A DNA stretch of 64,000 nt, from assembly GCA_041749855.1 (NCBI GenBank), contig JBGTAN010000034.1, positions 5,457 to 69,456 on the forward strand, given 5' to 3'. Positions 1 through 9,468 of the stretch are shown here, in pieces (within the stretch, counting starts at the first letter, position 1; each line of letters opens with the position of its first letter). Under the pieces are notes generated by a model, which worked only from the letters and a program-made list of their open reading frames with translations, was not told where the DNA came from and made no database searches. The translations under genes were made by a program, and so were the position numbers. This stretch comes from Bdellovibrionota bacterium (GTDB taxonomy: Bacteria > Bdellovibrionota > FAC87 > UBA2466).

Positions 1-914
1 AAAAGCTGCCAGCACTTTTGAATGAGGTTCACCGACTGATTGAGTCCAAGCAGCTACGCTTCCTGCTGACTGGCAGCAGTGCCAGAAAACTGAGGCGAGG
101 CGCCGCCAATCTCCTTGGGGGCAGAGCGTGGCAAGCAAACCTCTTCCCACTTACTTGGCGGGAGATCCCCAATTTCAACCTCATTCAGTATCTCAATCGA
201 GGGGGAATTCCGTTTATCTATCAGTCCCCCAATTTCAAGGATGAACTCAGGAATTATGTGAGCTTGTACTTGCGAGATGAAATACAAGCGGAAGCAACCG
301 TTCGCAATGTGGATGCTTTTGCCCGTTTCCTTGATGCCGCCGCACTCACTAATGGCGAAGAAATTCAATTCCAGTCACTATCAAGTGATAGTGGGATACC
401 AGCTCGATCGCTTGCCAACTATTTTCAGATCTTAGAAGACACGCTGCTGGGTTTTGCGCTTCTGCCTTTTACAAGAACCAAAAAGCGAAAGGCGATAACT
501 CGAAACAAGTTCTACTTGTTTGATGTGGGAGTCACCAACACGCTCTGCCGGCGAGGCGCTATCCAGCCAAAGTCGGAGCTTTTTGGGCGGGCTTTCGAGC
601 AGTTTCTTATTTGCGAAGTAAGAGCCTTCCTAAGCTATAAGGGGCATGATTCAAGCCTTCAGTACTGGCGCTCTACAAGCCAATTCGAAGTAGATTTGAT
701 TGTCGGAACCGATCTTGCGATCGAGATCAAGGGAACTGAGCTTGTGACGGACAAGCATTTGAAGGGTTTGCGCGCGCTCAAAGAAGAGAAAATCATCCGC
801 AAGCATGTTGTGGTCTCCCTCGACAGCCGAAAGAGAAAGCTCGATGACGGAATAGAAATCTGGCCGTGGTCAGATTTTCTCGAAGCGCTTTGGGGTGGAG
901 ACCTTGTCAAGTAG
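1..914 (+). CDS. AAA+ ATPase family protein (DUF4143-type C-terminal region); 5' end lies outside the window
   Basis: Open frame runs from window position 3 (KLPALLNEV...). The C-terminal region resembles DUF4143 found in AAA ATPases. Stop at 912-914. Confidence 0.55.
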   Translation, partial: KLPALLNEVHRLIESKQLRFLLTGSSARKLRRGAANLLGGRAWQANLFPLTWREIPNFNLIQYLNRGGIPFIYQSPNFKDELRNYVSLYLRDEIQAEATVRNVDAFARFLDAAALTNGEEIQFQSLSSDSGIPARSLANYFQILEDTLLGFALLPFTRTKKRKAITRNKFYLFDVGVTNTLCRRGAIQPKSELFGRAFEQFLICEVRAFLSYKGHDSSLQYWRSTSQFEVDLIVGTDLAIEIKGTELVTDKHLKGLRALKEEKIIRKHVVVSLDSRKRKLDDGIEIWPWSDFLEALWGGDLVK

Positions 915-1142
915 CGCGTCATGCCCGTTTTACTGGGCACGTGCACACCCCACCCAAAAAGTCTAAGAACTAGGCACCCAGGGAAAAGCCCACAAACCTT
1001 CAACAGCGGCATTTTTAGTCATAATTTCATGATCTTATAGTGATTTCATGGCACTGTCGATGAACTGTGTACGCGTTGAATACATCGACATTGTGAAGGT
1101 GCAGCCTGCCTTTTTGGTACGCCCGTTGCTCTAAAGGGGAGT

Positions 1143-1880
1143 ATGGTACGTCACTTCGCTTCTCTCTGCTTTACCGTGGTCGCCTTCGGTTTACTCGTGG
1201 GGTGCTTGCCCGACGAACGCTTCTCGGCATTCAACACGGCTAACCCCATTCCGAATTCGGACCCCATCGACGAACCCCAACTTGAAGTTGGTACCTCTCC
1301 TGTTCCTGTCTCCACTCTCCCGGTTTTTGGAGCCCCGGACCAGGGCCAAAATGGATTGGTTGGAGTCATTTACGACTTAAGCGACTACCCCCTCGATAAC
1401 CCCGATTGGGCGGGCACGCGAAGGGCAGAAACAAGCCTTGCCTATTTCGACCTAGAAAGCCGTACGCCTTTGGAAACTCCGATTGTGATGTCCCATTTAG
1501 ATATCGCAGAGCGCGTATTTAACACTGGTTTTCCCAATCGGCCGGAGCTCATCGAATGGTTCGCTATCCGATTTGAGGGGCGCATCCATATTGAGACTTC
1601 AGGAAGCTATTCTTTCGGGCTCGTTTCCGATGACGGCTCCAGGCTTTTTATCGATGAGACGATTCTCATAGATAACGATGGCCTGCAGCGCTCTGTGGAC
1701 GCCAACGGAAATGAAATTCGACGTACCGCAAACCGTAATCTCAGAGCCGGCTGGCACCGGATTTCAGTCGATTACTTTCAAGGCCCCCGCTACCACATCG
1801 CGCTTCGCCTTCTGTGGCAGACGCCCGGTCAGTCGAATTTCTCGGCCATTCCGGCAAGTGCTCTGTCACGTCCCGAATAG
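1143..1880 (+). CDS. PA14-domain lipoprotein
   Basis: RBS aaggggag precedes the ATG. Lipobox signal MVRHFASLCFTVVAFGLLVGC. The C-terminal GSYSFGLVSDDGSRLFIDE...WHRISVDYFQG matches the PA14 fold signature. Confidence 0.6.
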   Translation: MVRHFASLCFTVVAFGLLVGCLPDERFSAFNTANPIPNSDPIDEPQLEVGTSPVPVSTLPVFGAPDQGQNGLVGVIYDLSDYPLDNPDWAGTRRAETSLAYFDLESRTPLETPIVMSHLDIAERVFNTGFPNRPELIEWFAIRFEGRIHIETSGSYSFGLVSDDGSRLFIDETILIDNDGLQRSVDANGNEIRRTANRNLRAGWHRISVDYFQGPRYHIALRLLWQTPGQSNFSAIPASALSRPE

Positions 1881-2203
1881 CTCAATTCGAATGCGCCCAT
1901 CTCAATTCTGGTCATTTGGAACACCCAGTCTCAGATTTGATTGTGGCTTCCCCCCTCATGATTCAAAAGTGAATCAATACCCCCTAAAATGCGGCTCTAA
2001 ACGTTGGCACGCGAAGTGCTTTATCAAGAGTCAGAACATTTGACTGGGAGTAAGAAAATGGGAAATGCGGTTTTGACCTTAGGATTCTTGATGGCGGGTT
2101 CGGTTTTCGCGTGCGATATGCAGATGGAAGCGTGTGGACCCATCGTCCAACCCGGGACGGTGGCTGAAACCGCGCCCTCTACTTCTTCAGGAGACTCTCA
2201 AAC

Positions 2204-2629
2204 TTATCCAACTGCTGCTCCCATCCCATCTTCGCAAAAAGTTTCATAATCAAAGGGATGATTCCCCGGAATGACGTTACCGAGTTCGTCTGAGAACGAC
2301 ATCGCAGCGACCAGCTTCTTGCCAGGAATTACTTCACTGTAAGTACCCACATTCCAAAACATCTCTCCCTTGGGAGAGCGCATAGAATAGTGAAACCTGC
2401 CGCCTGGCTTCACGTCATTGCGAATGACGGGCGCCGTGAAATCTTTAGGACTCCACCACTGTTTCATGGCCGCTTCATCCGTCCACAGCTTCCACACTTG
2501 AGTGACCGGCGCGTCAAAAGTACGCTCCACCTTCACCTCAGACGTAACCACCCGAGCCACTACAATCAGCCCAACCAATAAAACCCCGGCCACCGACAAT
2601 GCAATCGCGCTCTTTTTAAGTAATCTCAT
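2204..2629 (-). CDS. SRPBCC (AHSA1/polyketide-cyclase-like) family protein with N-terminal TM/signal
   Basis: 141-aa ORF with a hydrophobic N-terminus followed by an SRPBCC-like core (WKLWTDEAAMKQWWSP). Confidence 0.45.
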   Translation of the reverse strand: MRLLKKSAIALSVAGVLLVGLIVVARVVTSEVKVERTFDAPVTQVWKLWTDEAAMKQWWSPKDFTAPVIRNDVKPGGRFHYSMRSPKGEMFWNVGTYSEVIPGKKLVAAMSFSDELGNVIPGNHPFDYETFCEDGMGAAVG

Positions 2630-2665
2630 TCGCGCGATTCTAGCCTGATGCAGTAAAATAGGACA

Positions 2666-3211
2666 ATGCGATTACTTCCCGGCATTTTCCAAACCCAGCG
2701 CCTGACATTCTGGCCTTTTACCGAATCCGATTTCGAGCAGATGCGACAGCTCGATACTGACCCCGCAGTGGTGAAATACCTGGGCCATGGCAAAGTACGT
2801 ACCGAAGAAGAGACGCGCGCGAGCCTCAAACGCACGTTGGAGCAAACCAAAACTTTCGGGCTTGGCCTCTACGCAACGCACCTTCGAGGCAACGGAGAGT
2901 TTATCGGCCGCTCCGGCCTTGTCCAGTGGGAGGTCGATGGCGAGTCCGTCTGGGAAGTGGGCTACACCCTTGCAAAAGCTCACTGGAAAAAAGGCCTCGC
3001 GACCGAAGCGGCTAAGTTTTGGTGCGCCACCGCGTTTGAGAAACTCAATGTCCCCTTCGTGGTGAGTCTGATTCACCCCGAGAACAAGGCTTCGATTGCA
3101 GTGGCCACCAAGTGTGGGATGATCTTTTGGAAAAACTCTGTCGTGAACGACGCACCCTGCGCCGTTTATCGACTCAGTCAGAAACAGGTGCCTCATGGAA
3201 CTACTCAATAA
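2666..3211 (+). CDS. GNAT family N-acetyltransferase (RimJ/RimL-like)
   Basis: 181 aa with a GNAT core pattern (FIGRSGL...WEVGYTLAKAHWKKGLATEAA). Confidence 0.7.
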   Translation: MRLLPGIFQTQRLTFWPFTESDFEQMRQLDTDPAVVKYLGHGKVRTEEETRASLKRTLEQTKTFGLGLYATHLRGNGEFIGRSGLVQWEVDGESVWEVGYTLAKAHWKKGLATEAAKFWCATAFEKLNVPFVVSLIHPENKASIAVATKCGMIFWKNSVVNDAPCAVYRLSQKQVPHGTTQ

Positions 3212-4379
3212 CCCCTTGCTTCAATCACTCGTAGTACCGCTTGCGGGAGGGTTTGCTTTCGCGCTCATTGGCTACGCACTTTCCCGAGTCTTGCGTCGCA
3301 ACGATGTGGCAGATGTCTTGTGGGGCCTTGGGTTTATTGGCCTCGCCTTTTATCAGGCTAGCATTTCCGCCCCCTTAAGCTTTCGCGCTTACCTAGCTAT
3401 CAGTTTCATCTCGCTGTGGGGACTGCGACTCAGTCTCTACTTGGGCTTTCGCGTCTTTGGGAAGAAGGAAGAAGACGTGCGGTACGCTGGATGGCGCAAA
3501 GACTGGGGGCGCTCTGAACCCTGGATGGCTTTTCTGAAAGTGTTTGCTCTACAAGGGCTCATGCTCAGCCTAATTTCCCTGCCGGTCCTGCACATCATCC
3601 AGTCTCCCGCAACGCCGCTGACGCCGTGGGACTTCCTAGGTGCCGTGGTTTTCGTCATCGGTTGGTTTTTTGAAACCATTGCAGACGCCCAGTTGGCGCA
3701 GTTCAAGAGCAAACCGAAGAACAAGGGCGAAGTCATGCAGACTGGCCTGTGGGCCCTTTCGCGGCACCCGAACTACTTCGGAGAGATTCTCGTCTGGTGG
3801 GGACTTTTCCTGTTGAGCCTTTCGCTTCCGGGTGGCCTTGCGACCGTCGTCTCGCCTTTACTCATCACCTTCCTTCTGACCAAAGTCTCGGGCGTACCCA
3901 TGCTGGAAAAGGTGCTTTCGAAGAAAGGGCCCGCCTTCAAGCAGTACGTAAAGAACACGCCGGCGCTTCTGCCTTTTCGCAGTCATGAAGTTCTGGTCTT
4001 TTTTGCCATCGCAGGGACGCTTTGCATGCTCGACTTCCTCTGGCTGGGCGTTTTCTGGCAAGAGTTCTATCAAACTCAAGCAGCCCCTATCGCTCGACTA
4101 GACGCAGACGGCTGGGATGTATTGGGTTGGGCTGCAGCAGGCGTGTACCTATTCCTGGTGCTAGGAGTGCGAGTCCTTGCCGTCAAAAAGGAAATGTTAA
4201 CTTCCCTTTGGTACGGAGCGTGGCTGGGACTCAGTGCTTATGGCATTTATGAATTGACCAACTTAGCACTGGTTAAAGACTGGCCCATTGAGATGGCGCT
4301 CATGGATATTCTTTGGGGGCCGTTTCTTTGCGCAGCCGCTGCACTTGCGGGAAGCATCACGCTCAAACGCTTCAGTTAG
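3195..4379 (+). CDS. DUF1295/steroid-5-alpha-reductase-like membrane protein fused to a C-terminal polytopic extension
   Basis: Motif LSRHPNYFGEILVWWGLFLL is typical of the DUF1295/3-oxo-5-alpha-steroid dehydrogenase family. About 130 additional C-terminal residues contain further TM helices. Confidence 0.55.
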   Translation: MELLNNPLLQSLVVPLAGGFAFALIGYALSRVLRRNDVADVLWGLGFIGLAFYQASISAPLSFRAYLAISFISLWGLRLSLYLGFRVFGKKEEDVRYAGWRKDWGRSEPWMAFLKVFALQGLMLSLISLPVLHIIQSPATPLTPWDFLGAVVFVIGWFFETIADAQLAQFKSKPKNKGEVMQTGLWALSRHPNYFGEILVWWGLFLLSLSLPGGLATVVSPLLITFLLTKVSGVPMLEKVLSKKGPAFKQYVKNTPALLPFRSHEVLVFFAIAGTLCMLDFLWLGVFWQEFYQTQAAPIARLDADGWDVLGWAAAGVYLFLVLGVRVLAVKKEMLTSLWYGAWLGLSAYGIYELTNLALVKDWPIEMALMDILWGPFLCAAAALAGSITLKRFS

Positions 4380-4945
4380 CGAACCCGGTTCACAAAATCT
4401 GAACGCTTGTACCCTTGCGTCTCGGCAATCGCGAAGATCTCAGTCAAGACTTTCTCTGGCAAGGCCTTGCGGGCAAGCACCCATCCAAATTTACGTGAGG
4501 GAGATCCTACCAACGCCCAGCTGTATTTCCCGTCGATAACAGGTCCCAGACCCAGCACCCAGTAGTCTCCATCCCCGATTCCCATCCAGCGCAGCACGGC
4601 GAGCCCTGTGAAGTTTACCTTAAGCTTAGACCCTCCACTGCCATAGACAATCGTCGCGATGGCACGGGCTACTTCTTCTTTCGGTTGGTTCTGTGAGTTG
4701 AAACGAGAGCAAGTATTCTCCACCAGAACTTTATCTTCTTTGCTCGTGTACCTTGCGACCGTATTCATGCACTCGCCGTAATCCCCATCGCGATCGTCTT
4801 GAAACGAATTGGGGAGACGGTAGAGCTCTTGCCAGGCGCCTAAGTACTTCTCGAGATCCACAGAATCGACGGTCGTAACCTCTTTGGTCGGAGCCGCAAA
4901 TGCGAAACCTGCAAGCAGTAGGAATAATGAATAAGCCCGGATCAT
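4376..4945 (-). CDS. bacterial lipocalin (Blc-like), secreted
   Basis: Signal peptide MIRAYSLFLLLAGFAFA. The lipocalin N-terminal motif YLGAWQELYRLPNSFQ is present. It converges on the previous gene with a 4-bp overlap. Confidence 0.6.
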   Translation of the reverse strand: MIRAYSLFLLLAGFAFAAPTKEVTTVDSVDLEKYLGAWQELYRLPNSFQDDRDGDYGECMNTVARYTSKEDKVLVENTCSRFNSQNQPKEEVARAIATIVYGSGGSKLKVNFTGLAVLRWMGIGDGDYWVLGLGPVIDGKYSWALVGSPSRKFGWVLARKALPEKVLTEIFAIAETQGYKRSDFVNRVR

Positions 4946-5102
4946 TTTCCACTTTCAACGACTTCACCCGGGGGCGCTGCCGTTTCGACTGGGTGCGTTA
5001 TTTTGAATTCCGAAGGCTGAAAGACCCCCATTTGGTAAGTATCTTACCGAAAAGACACCCCTGTTGTGTAAAGATTCCGCAAGGTTGTTCCGATAGGAAA
5101 GC

Positions 5103-5810
5103 ATGAGTTCTCTGCCCATCGGTATCATTGGAATGTTTGCGATCGTGGCACTGAGCATGCTGGATGTCGAAGCACGCGTGTTCCTCAACTGGCACTCTAT
5201 CGGGCTAGTCTGGGGAGGGACGATTGCAATTCTTTTGGCCTCGTCTCCGTGGCATATCATCGCTACGCTTTGGAAAAACATGCGGGGGTTGTTTTCAACG
5301 ACCACTCAATTTGATGTCATCCACAGCAAACTCGTTGAGCTCTCCAAGGGCAGCCGCACCACAACAGGTGCGTCCCACCCGCTTATCCAGCGAGCCGCAA
5401 GTCTTTGGGAACAAGGCGTGGACCCCGAGCTATTTGAAACGCTCCTGCATCAATCGCTCGATGAAGCCAATCAGTCGTTGGAAGAAGCGGTTGCCGCATT
5501 GAGAAACCTGTCTAAGTATCCGCCCGCGCTGGGAATGACCGGAACGGTCATGGGTCTTGTCGTCATGTTTAGCAAACTCGGACCCGATCAAGCAGCAAAC
5601 ATGGGAGCGAGCCTTGCGCTTGCGATGACTGCCACTTTTTATGGTTTGATCCTTGCGAACGCGTTGATTCTCCCGCTAGCCGATCGTCTGGCTATGCAAC
5701 AGATTTCAACGACACGATCCAACGACTTCGTATTCCGCTCTCTGATACTCATTCACCGAGGCGAAGCTTCTTCTGTCATCGAGGACAAAGTTCATGCCTT
5801 CGCCGCCTAG
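5103..5810 (+). CDS. MotA/TolQ/ExbB-family proton channel protein (4 TM, MotA/PomA-like)
   Basis: 235 aa. The layout is two N-terminal TM helices, a cytoplasmic loop of about 90 aa, then two C-terminal TM helices (LGMTGTVMGLVVMF, ASLALAMTATFYGLILANALILPLADR). Confidence 0.75.
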   Translation: MSSLPIGIIGMFAIVALSMLDVEARVFLNWHSIGLVWGGTIAILLASSPWHIIATLWKNMRGLFSTTTQFDVIHSKLVELSKGSRTTTGASHPLIQRAASLWEQGVDPELFETLLHQSLDEANQSLEEAVAALRNLSKYPPALGMTGTVMGLVVMFSKLGPDQAANMGASLALAMTATFYGLILANALILPLADRLAMQQISTTRSNDFVFRSLILIHRGEASSVIEDKVHAFAA

Positions 5811-6462
5811 AACACGACGACGATTCGTTCCTACACGCAAGATTCGCGCAGAAGCGAGCGAAATGCACGGCTGGGCCGTGTCCTACTCCGATCTTCTGAT
5901 GGTGTTACTTGCGTTCTTCGTGCTGTACTTCAATTTTGGGGAAAAGAGCACGGCGAACATTCTTCGCAGCGTGGTGACGGACTTGGATAAAAGCGGACAC
6001 ACCCAAGCCGAAAGCGCAGCCGGAACGCAGGCCCCCAAACGCGGCACTGCTGCCATTCCCGATATGCGAAATGAGATGTCCCTCTCCGGATTTGTCGTCG
6101 ACAAGGCTTCTGTAAAAGGATCCATCACGGTGCACCTGCCCGACAACATCTACGGGCCCGGCGCCTACGAAGTAGGCAAAAAGCACCATGCACCGCTTAA
6201 AAAGCTACTCGAGATTCTATCTCCCTATAAGGACAGTGTGGAGTTGGTCTTCATCGGACACACGGATGCACAAGCCGTGCGCCAGGACAACCGGAAGGTA
6301 ATCGACTCCAATCTCGTGCTATCGAATTTGCGAGGTGCCCGAGCGGCCGAGTTCGCGCTTCTGCGCGGTTATAACCCTGCGTTGGTGAGTTCTGAGGGAG
6401 TAGGTCAGTTCCGTCGACAAACTAGGTCATTAAGCGTTCGTATCAATGAACGCAAAGACTAA
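5794..6462 (+). CDS. MotB-like stator protein with OmpA-type peptidoglycan-binding domain
   Basis: Basic N-terminus is followed by a TM helix with the conserved Asp (WAVSYSDLLMVLLAFFVL). C-terminal OmpA-like motif VFIGHTDAQAV. It overlaps the MotA-like gene by 17 nt. Confidence 0.75.
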   Translation: MPSPPRTRRRFVPTRKIRAEASEMHGWAVSYSDLLMVLLAFFVLYFNFGEKSTANILRSVVTDLDKSGHTQAESAAGTQAPKRGTAAIPDMRNEMSLSGFVVDKASVKGSITVHLPDNIYGPGAYEVGKKHHAPLKKLLEILSPYKDSVELVFIGHTDAQAVRQDNRKVIDSNLVLSNLRGARAAEFALLRGYNPALVSSEGVGQFRRQTRSLSVRINERKD

Positions 6463-7798
6463 AATGACAAAGCGAACCTTCATTCTGTCTACGCTGCTAC
6501 TGGTATTGGGGCAGGGCTGCTCGCAAGCACCCACAGACGATCCGGAAACTTGCCTGGCAGGGGCGACCTATCTGACCCATCTTCCCGTGGAGGCGCAGAG
6601 TGACTACCAAGGCGTCATCCCACAAGGGCTCATCGCGCCTGTGCTAGGGGATGTCTTTCCCTCTAATCGAATCTACTTTCATCCTTTTGTCGATGACGCT
6701 GGAGCTAATCCTGCCACGTTTTCTGAATTTGCAGTGACCGCCCCTGGCAACTTGGAAGTCAAAGCCGTGCGCATGCGCGAGTATGACTTGAGTGGCATTC
6801 GAGAGTACGCGATCTTTTTCAAACCCTGTTCCTCCATCCGCATTTACCTGGATCATCTTTCAAGCCTCTCGGCGGAGTTTCAAGACAAACTGAACGAGGC
6901 ACGAGAGAGTTGGAACAGCGGGGATAGTTCTGAGTGCATTCCCGGCAATGACGCTTTCTTAGGAGACTACAACGAGTGCTTGGGACGCTTTTATCGAGTA
7001 ACCGTCGACGCGCAAGACTTTCTGGGCACCGCTGGTAAATATCGCCCGCTTGCCCTGGGCGCGTACGATCAGGAAGAAGAAGTCCCCTACCTGACACCTG
7101 AGCATTACACCCAATCGCTGAGCGTCATCAGTGACACCGTTGGACTGGTGGTTTCTAGCCATAAAGTTTGGGAAGTGCTTTCCCCCACCTACCTTGACTA
7201 CAAACATGCCGCTTGCCCCCTGAACTATTATGGTCTCGATCCCACAGCGGCCTCTTTCCCCACGGTGCATTTTGTGGACCTAGCAGGAAACGCTTTTGCT
7301 GACTGGGACGGCACAAACTGCGGCACTTTCTTAGAGCAAAGCGCTGCCCGTGCTACCGGAAACTGGTTCCTCGAAGAAGTGATGGATGAAGTCCTTCAAA
7401 GCGACGGCGTGGGCTTGTTCGGAGCGGATCGCTTTGGCCTTTCACTGGCGCATGACTATGTGAACGAAAATGCCGGAGGAGACAGAGGTTATCCGGCCTT
7501 CTCATTCGGCGAAGCGATTGCCATCACGGGGGGCGGCCTCGCCGAGTTCCCCATGGGGCGGTACGATTTTGTCGTCAATAGTGCGGGAACGGTCAACCGC
7601 GATTTCAATAGCCTCATACTCAATACTGCCTATTGCTGGGAAGGTCTGACGCGGCGAGACGGCGCTTCCAGTTTCGCAGGTGCTGTCTGGCTGAAAATGA
7701 CCGACGCGCACACGCTCACTTTCCAAGCCTTTGATACGCCGGGGGATGACTGTAGTAACACCGCCCTCGATGGCTTCGCTCTCACCTTCATTCGCTAG
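6446..7798 (+). CDS. hypothetical lipoprotein (450 aa)
   Basis: Lipobox LLVLGQGCSQ. It overlaps the MotB-like gene by 17 nt. No recognisable domain. Confidence 0.5.
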   Translation: MNAKTKMTKRTFILSTLLLVLGQGCSQAPTDDPETCLAGATYLTHLPVEAQSDYQGVIPQGLIAPVLGDVFPSNRIYFHPFVDDAGANPATFSEFAVTAPGNLEVKAVRMREYDLSGIREYAIFFKPCSSIRIYLDHLSSLSAEFQDKLNEARESWNSGDSSECIPGNDAFLGDYNECLGRFYRVTVDAQDFLGTAGKYRPLALGAYDQEEEVPYLTPEHYTQSLSVISDTVGLVVSSHKVWEVLSPTYLDYKHAACPLNYYGLDPTAASFPTVHFVDLAGNAFADWDGTNCGTFLEQSAARATGNWFLEEVMDEVLQSDGVGLFGADRFGLSLAHDYVNENAGGDRGYPAFSFGEAIAITGGGLAEFPMGRYDFVVNSAGTVNRDFNSLILNTAYCWEGLTRRDGASSFAGAVWLKMTDAHTLTFQAFDTPGDDCSNTALDGFALTFIR

Positions 7799-7821
7799 CC
7801 CTGTAGTGGTACTGTTACCCC

Positions 7822-9468
7822 ATGCAAGATCCACAACAGCAGCGACCCACGCGGCTTCGTCTGGCGGTGATTGCTCTGTCTTTTGCGTGCATCGCTCTTT
7901 CAAGACAATGGTTCATTATCGCGGCAGGAGACGGCTTCGTTTACCCGACGCTCCAGCCGTCCTGGTTCGGACTTCTTCACCCACTCCTTGCCTGCGCGAT
8001 ACTTGGCACTGGAGCCTATTTGCTGCTGCTTTTTGCGCGTAACGCTCGCTCAGGAGTCTGGTTAGTCGCCACGCATTTGCTACTCGTGGTATTGCTCGTC
8101 CCTTCACTGCTCTTTCTACGTGCCAATACCAACCTTGCGGTTCACGTTCCCGCTCTTTCAAAAGCGTTCTACCAAAACCTCTTAGGTCCGACAGGATTTG
8201 CCCTATTCACCTTCGCCACTTTGGCAGCAGCGGTGGGTATCTTATGGAAGTGGCCTCTGGCTATTTCCCGCGGCATCGCCGTCGCACTCACTTTGTTCCT
8301 GCCCTTCGCCGGCTTACAGATCATTAAACTGATTTGGTATCTCCACCAATCAGACACCCTGCCGACGTCTCGGGAATTTGCTTCGGTGCCCAACCACCTT
8401 CATAAAGTAGTCGTCGTGGTTTTTGACGAGTTTGACTACGCTCTCTACCAGTCGCACCGAGCTGCGGGTGCGCGGTTTCCTCATTTGGACGCCTTGGACC
8501 GAAACGCCATCGCGTCCGACCAAGCGTATGCACCGGCGATTCACACGACTGCAACCATCCCTTCCTATTTTCTCGGCAAAAGATTGAAGAACCTCTGTCG
8601 ACTGCCCACCGACGACCTGCGTCTTACTTTCGAGGGTCAGGACAAACCCGTACTTTGGAGCGAACAACCCACTTGGGTTTCACAAAGCGCCGAAAGGCAT
8701 ATTCCGATGGGCCTTGTCGGTTGGTACCATCCTTACTGCAAACTCATGGGCAGCCATGCAAAGAGCTGTTTCGCCCTGGGTTCACCCTACATGCAGAGCC
8801 CCGCCTTCTCCGCCAAACGCGTGGGAGCCATACTCGCTTCTGCTTTTTCCCCCGGGACGCTGCCTATTTCGTACCATGCCCAAAGACATGAAATCGTGTT
8901 CAACCAAGCCAAAGGCGCTTTGGCCCGTGCTGATCTGAAACTAGTTTATCTCCACCTTTCCGTTCCGCACCTGCCGACCATTTTTGATCCAGCTACCCGT
9001 AGCGTCGTGGACGACCGCCAAGAAAATGAAGCGCAACAAAAGGTGGGGTACCTGGACAATCTCCACCTTGCCGATCAGGCGCTGGGGGAACTTATGGCAA
9101 CCAGTTCTACCCAGACCCATTGGATCGTCACATCGGATCACTCTATCCATGCTTGGCGCTGGCTTCCCAAAGACACTCCTGAGTCCCAGATTGATAGACG
9201 TATTCCGTTTTGGGTGAAGCTTGCTGAGGAATCAAAGCCTCTGCGAATTCGATTGCCGTTCAACACACTCTTGCTCAAAGATTTGAGCTTGGAGTTGGCA
9301 GAAGGCAGGATTCGTACGGGAGCCGAAGTGGAACGGTTTATTCGCGTTAATGCCTCCACGAGTCGCCATGTACTGCCTGCTCAACCTGTTGACCTGTGCC
9401 CTCACAAAGACGAGATGCACTCTTCCAGCGAAAGAGCCGATGGCAGCGAGAAGCCGCATGGCAGTTAA
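7822..9468 (+). CDS. polytopic membrane protein of the alkaline-phosphatase superfamily (sulfatase/LtaS/EptA-like)
   Basis: About five N-terminal TM helices. Catalytic-domain signatures VVVVVFDEFDY, AIHTTATIPS and WIVTSDHSIH are present. Confidence 0.55.
   Translation: MQDPQQQRPTRLRLAVIALSFACIALSRQWFIIAAGDGFVYPTLQPSWFGLLHPLLACAILGTGAYLLLLFARNARSGVWLVATHLLLVVLLVPSLLFLRANTNLAVHVPALSKAFYQNLLGPTGFALFTFATLAAAVGILWKWPLAISRGIAVALTLFLPFAGLQIIKLIWYLHQSDTLPTSREFASVPNHLHKVVVVVFDEFDYALYQSHRAAGARFPHLDALDRNAIASDQAYAPAIHTTATIPSYFLGKRLKNLCRLPTDDLRLTFEGQDKPVLWSEQPTWVSQSAERHIPMGLVGWYHPYCKLMGSHAKSCFALGSPYMQSPAFSAKRVGAILASAFSPGTLPISYHAQRHEIVFNQAKGALARADLKLVYLHLSVPHLPTIFDPATRSVVDDRQENEAQQKVGYLDNLHLADQALGELMATSSTQTHWIVTSDHSIHAWRWLPKDTPESQIDRRIPFWVKLAEESKPLRIRLPFNTLLLKDLSLELAEGRIRTGAEVERFIRVNASTSRHVLPAQPVDLCPHKDEMHSSSERADGSEKPHGS

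Noticed and set aside
2787-3208. Alternative-frame ORFs within the GNAT acetyltransferase gene
   Set aside because: The GNAT frame has a clear family signature. The others are frame-shadow ORFs.
5103-6462. MotAB pair as a Zorya anti-phage system (ZorA/ZorB)
   Set aside because: ZorA has a long C-terminal tail of several hundred aa, and Zorya loci carry ZorC/ZorD or ZorE genes. This MotA-like protein is only 235 aa, and the downstream genes are envelope enzymes, not nuclease or helicase genes.
9350-9457. Upstream extension of the GH92 ORF (MPPRVAMYCLL...)
   Set aside because: It overlaps the 3' end of the preceding gene by more than 100 nt. The internal ATG at 9458 gives a normal lipoprotein signal peptide.
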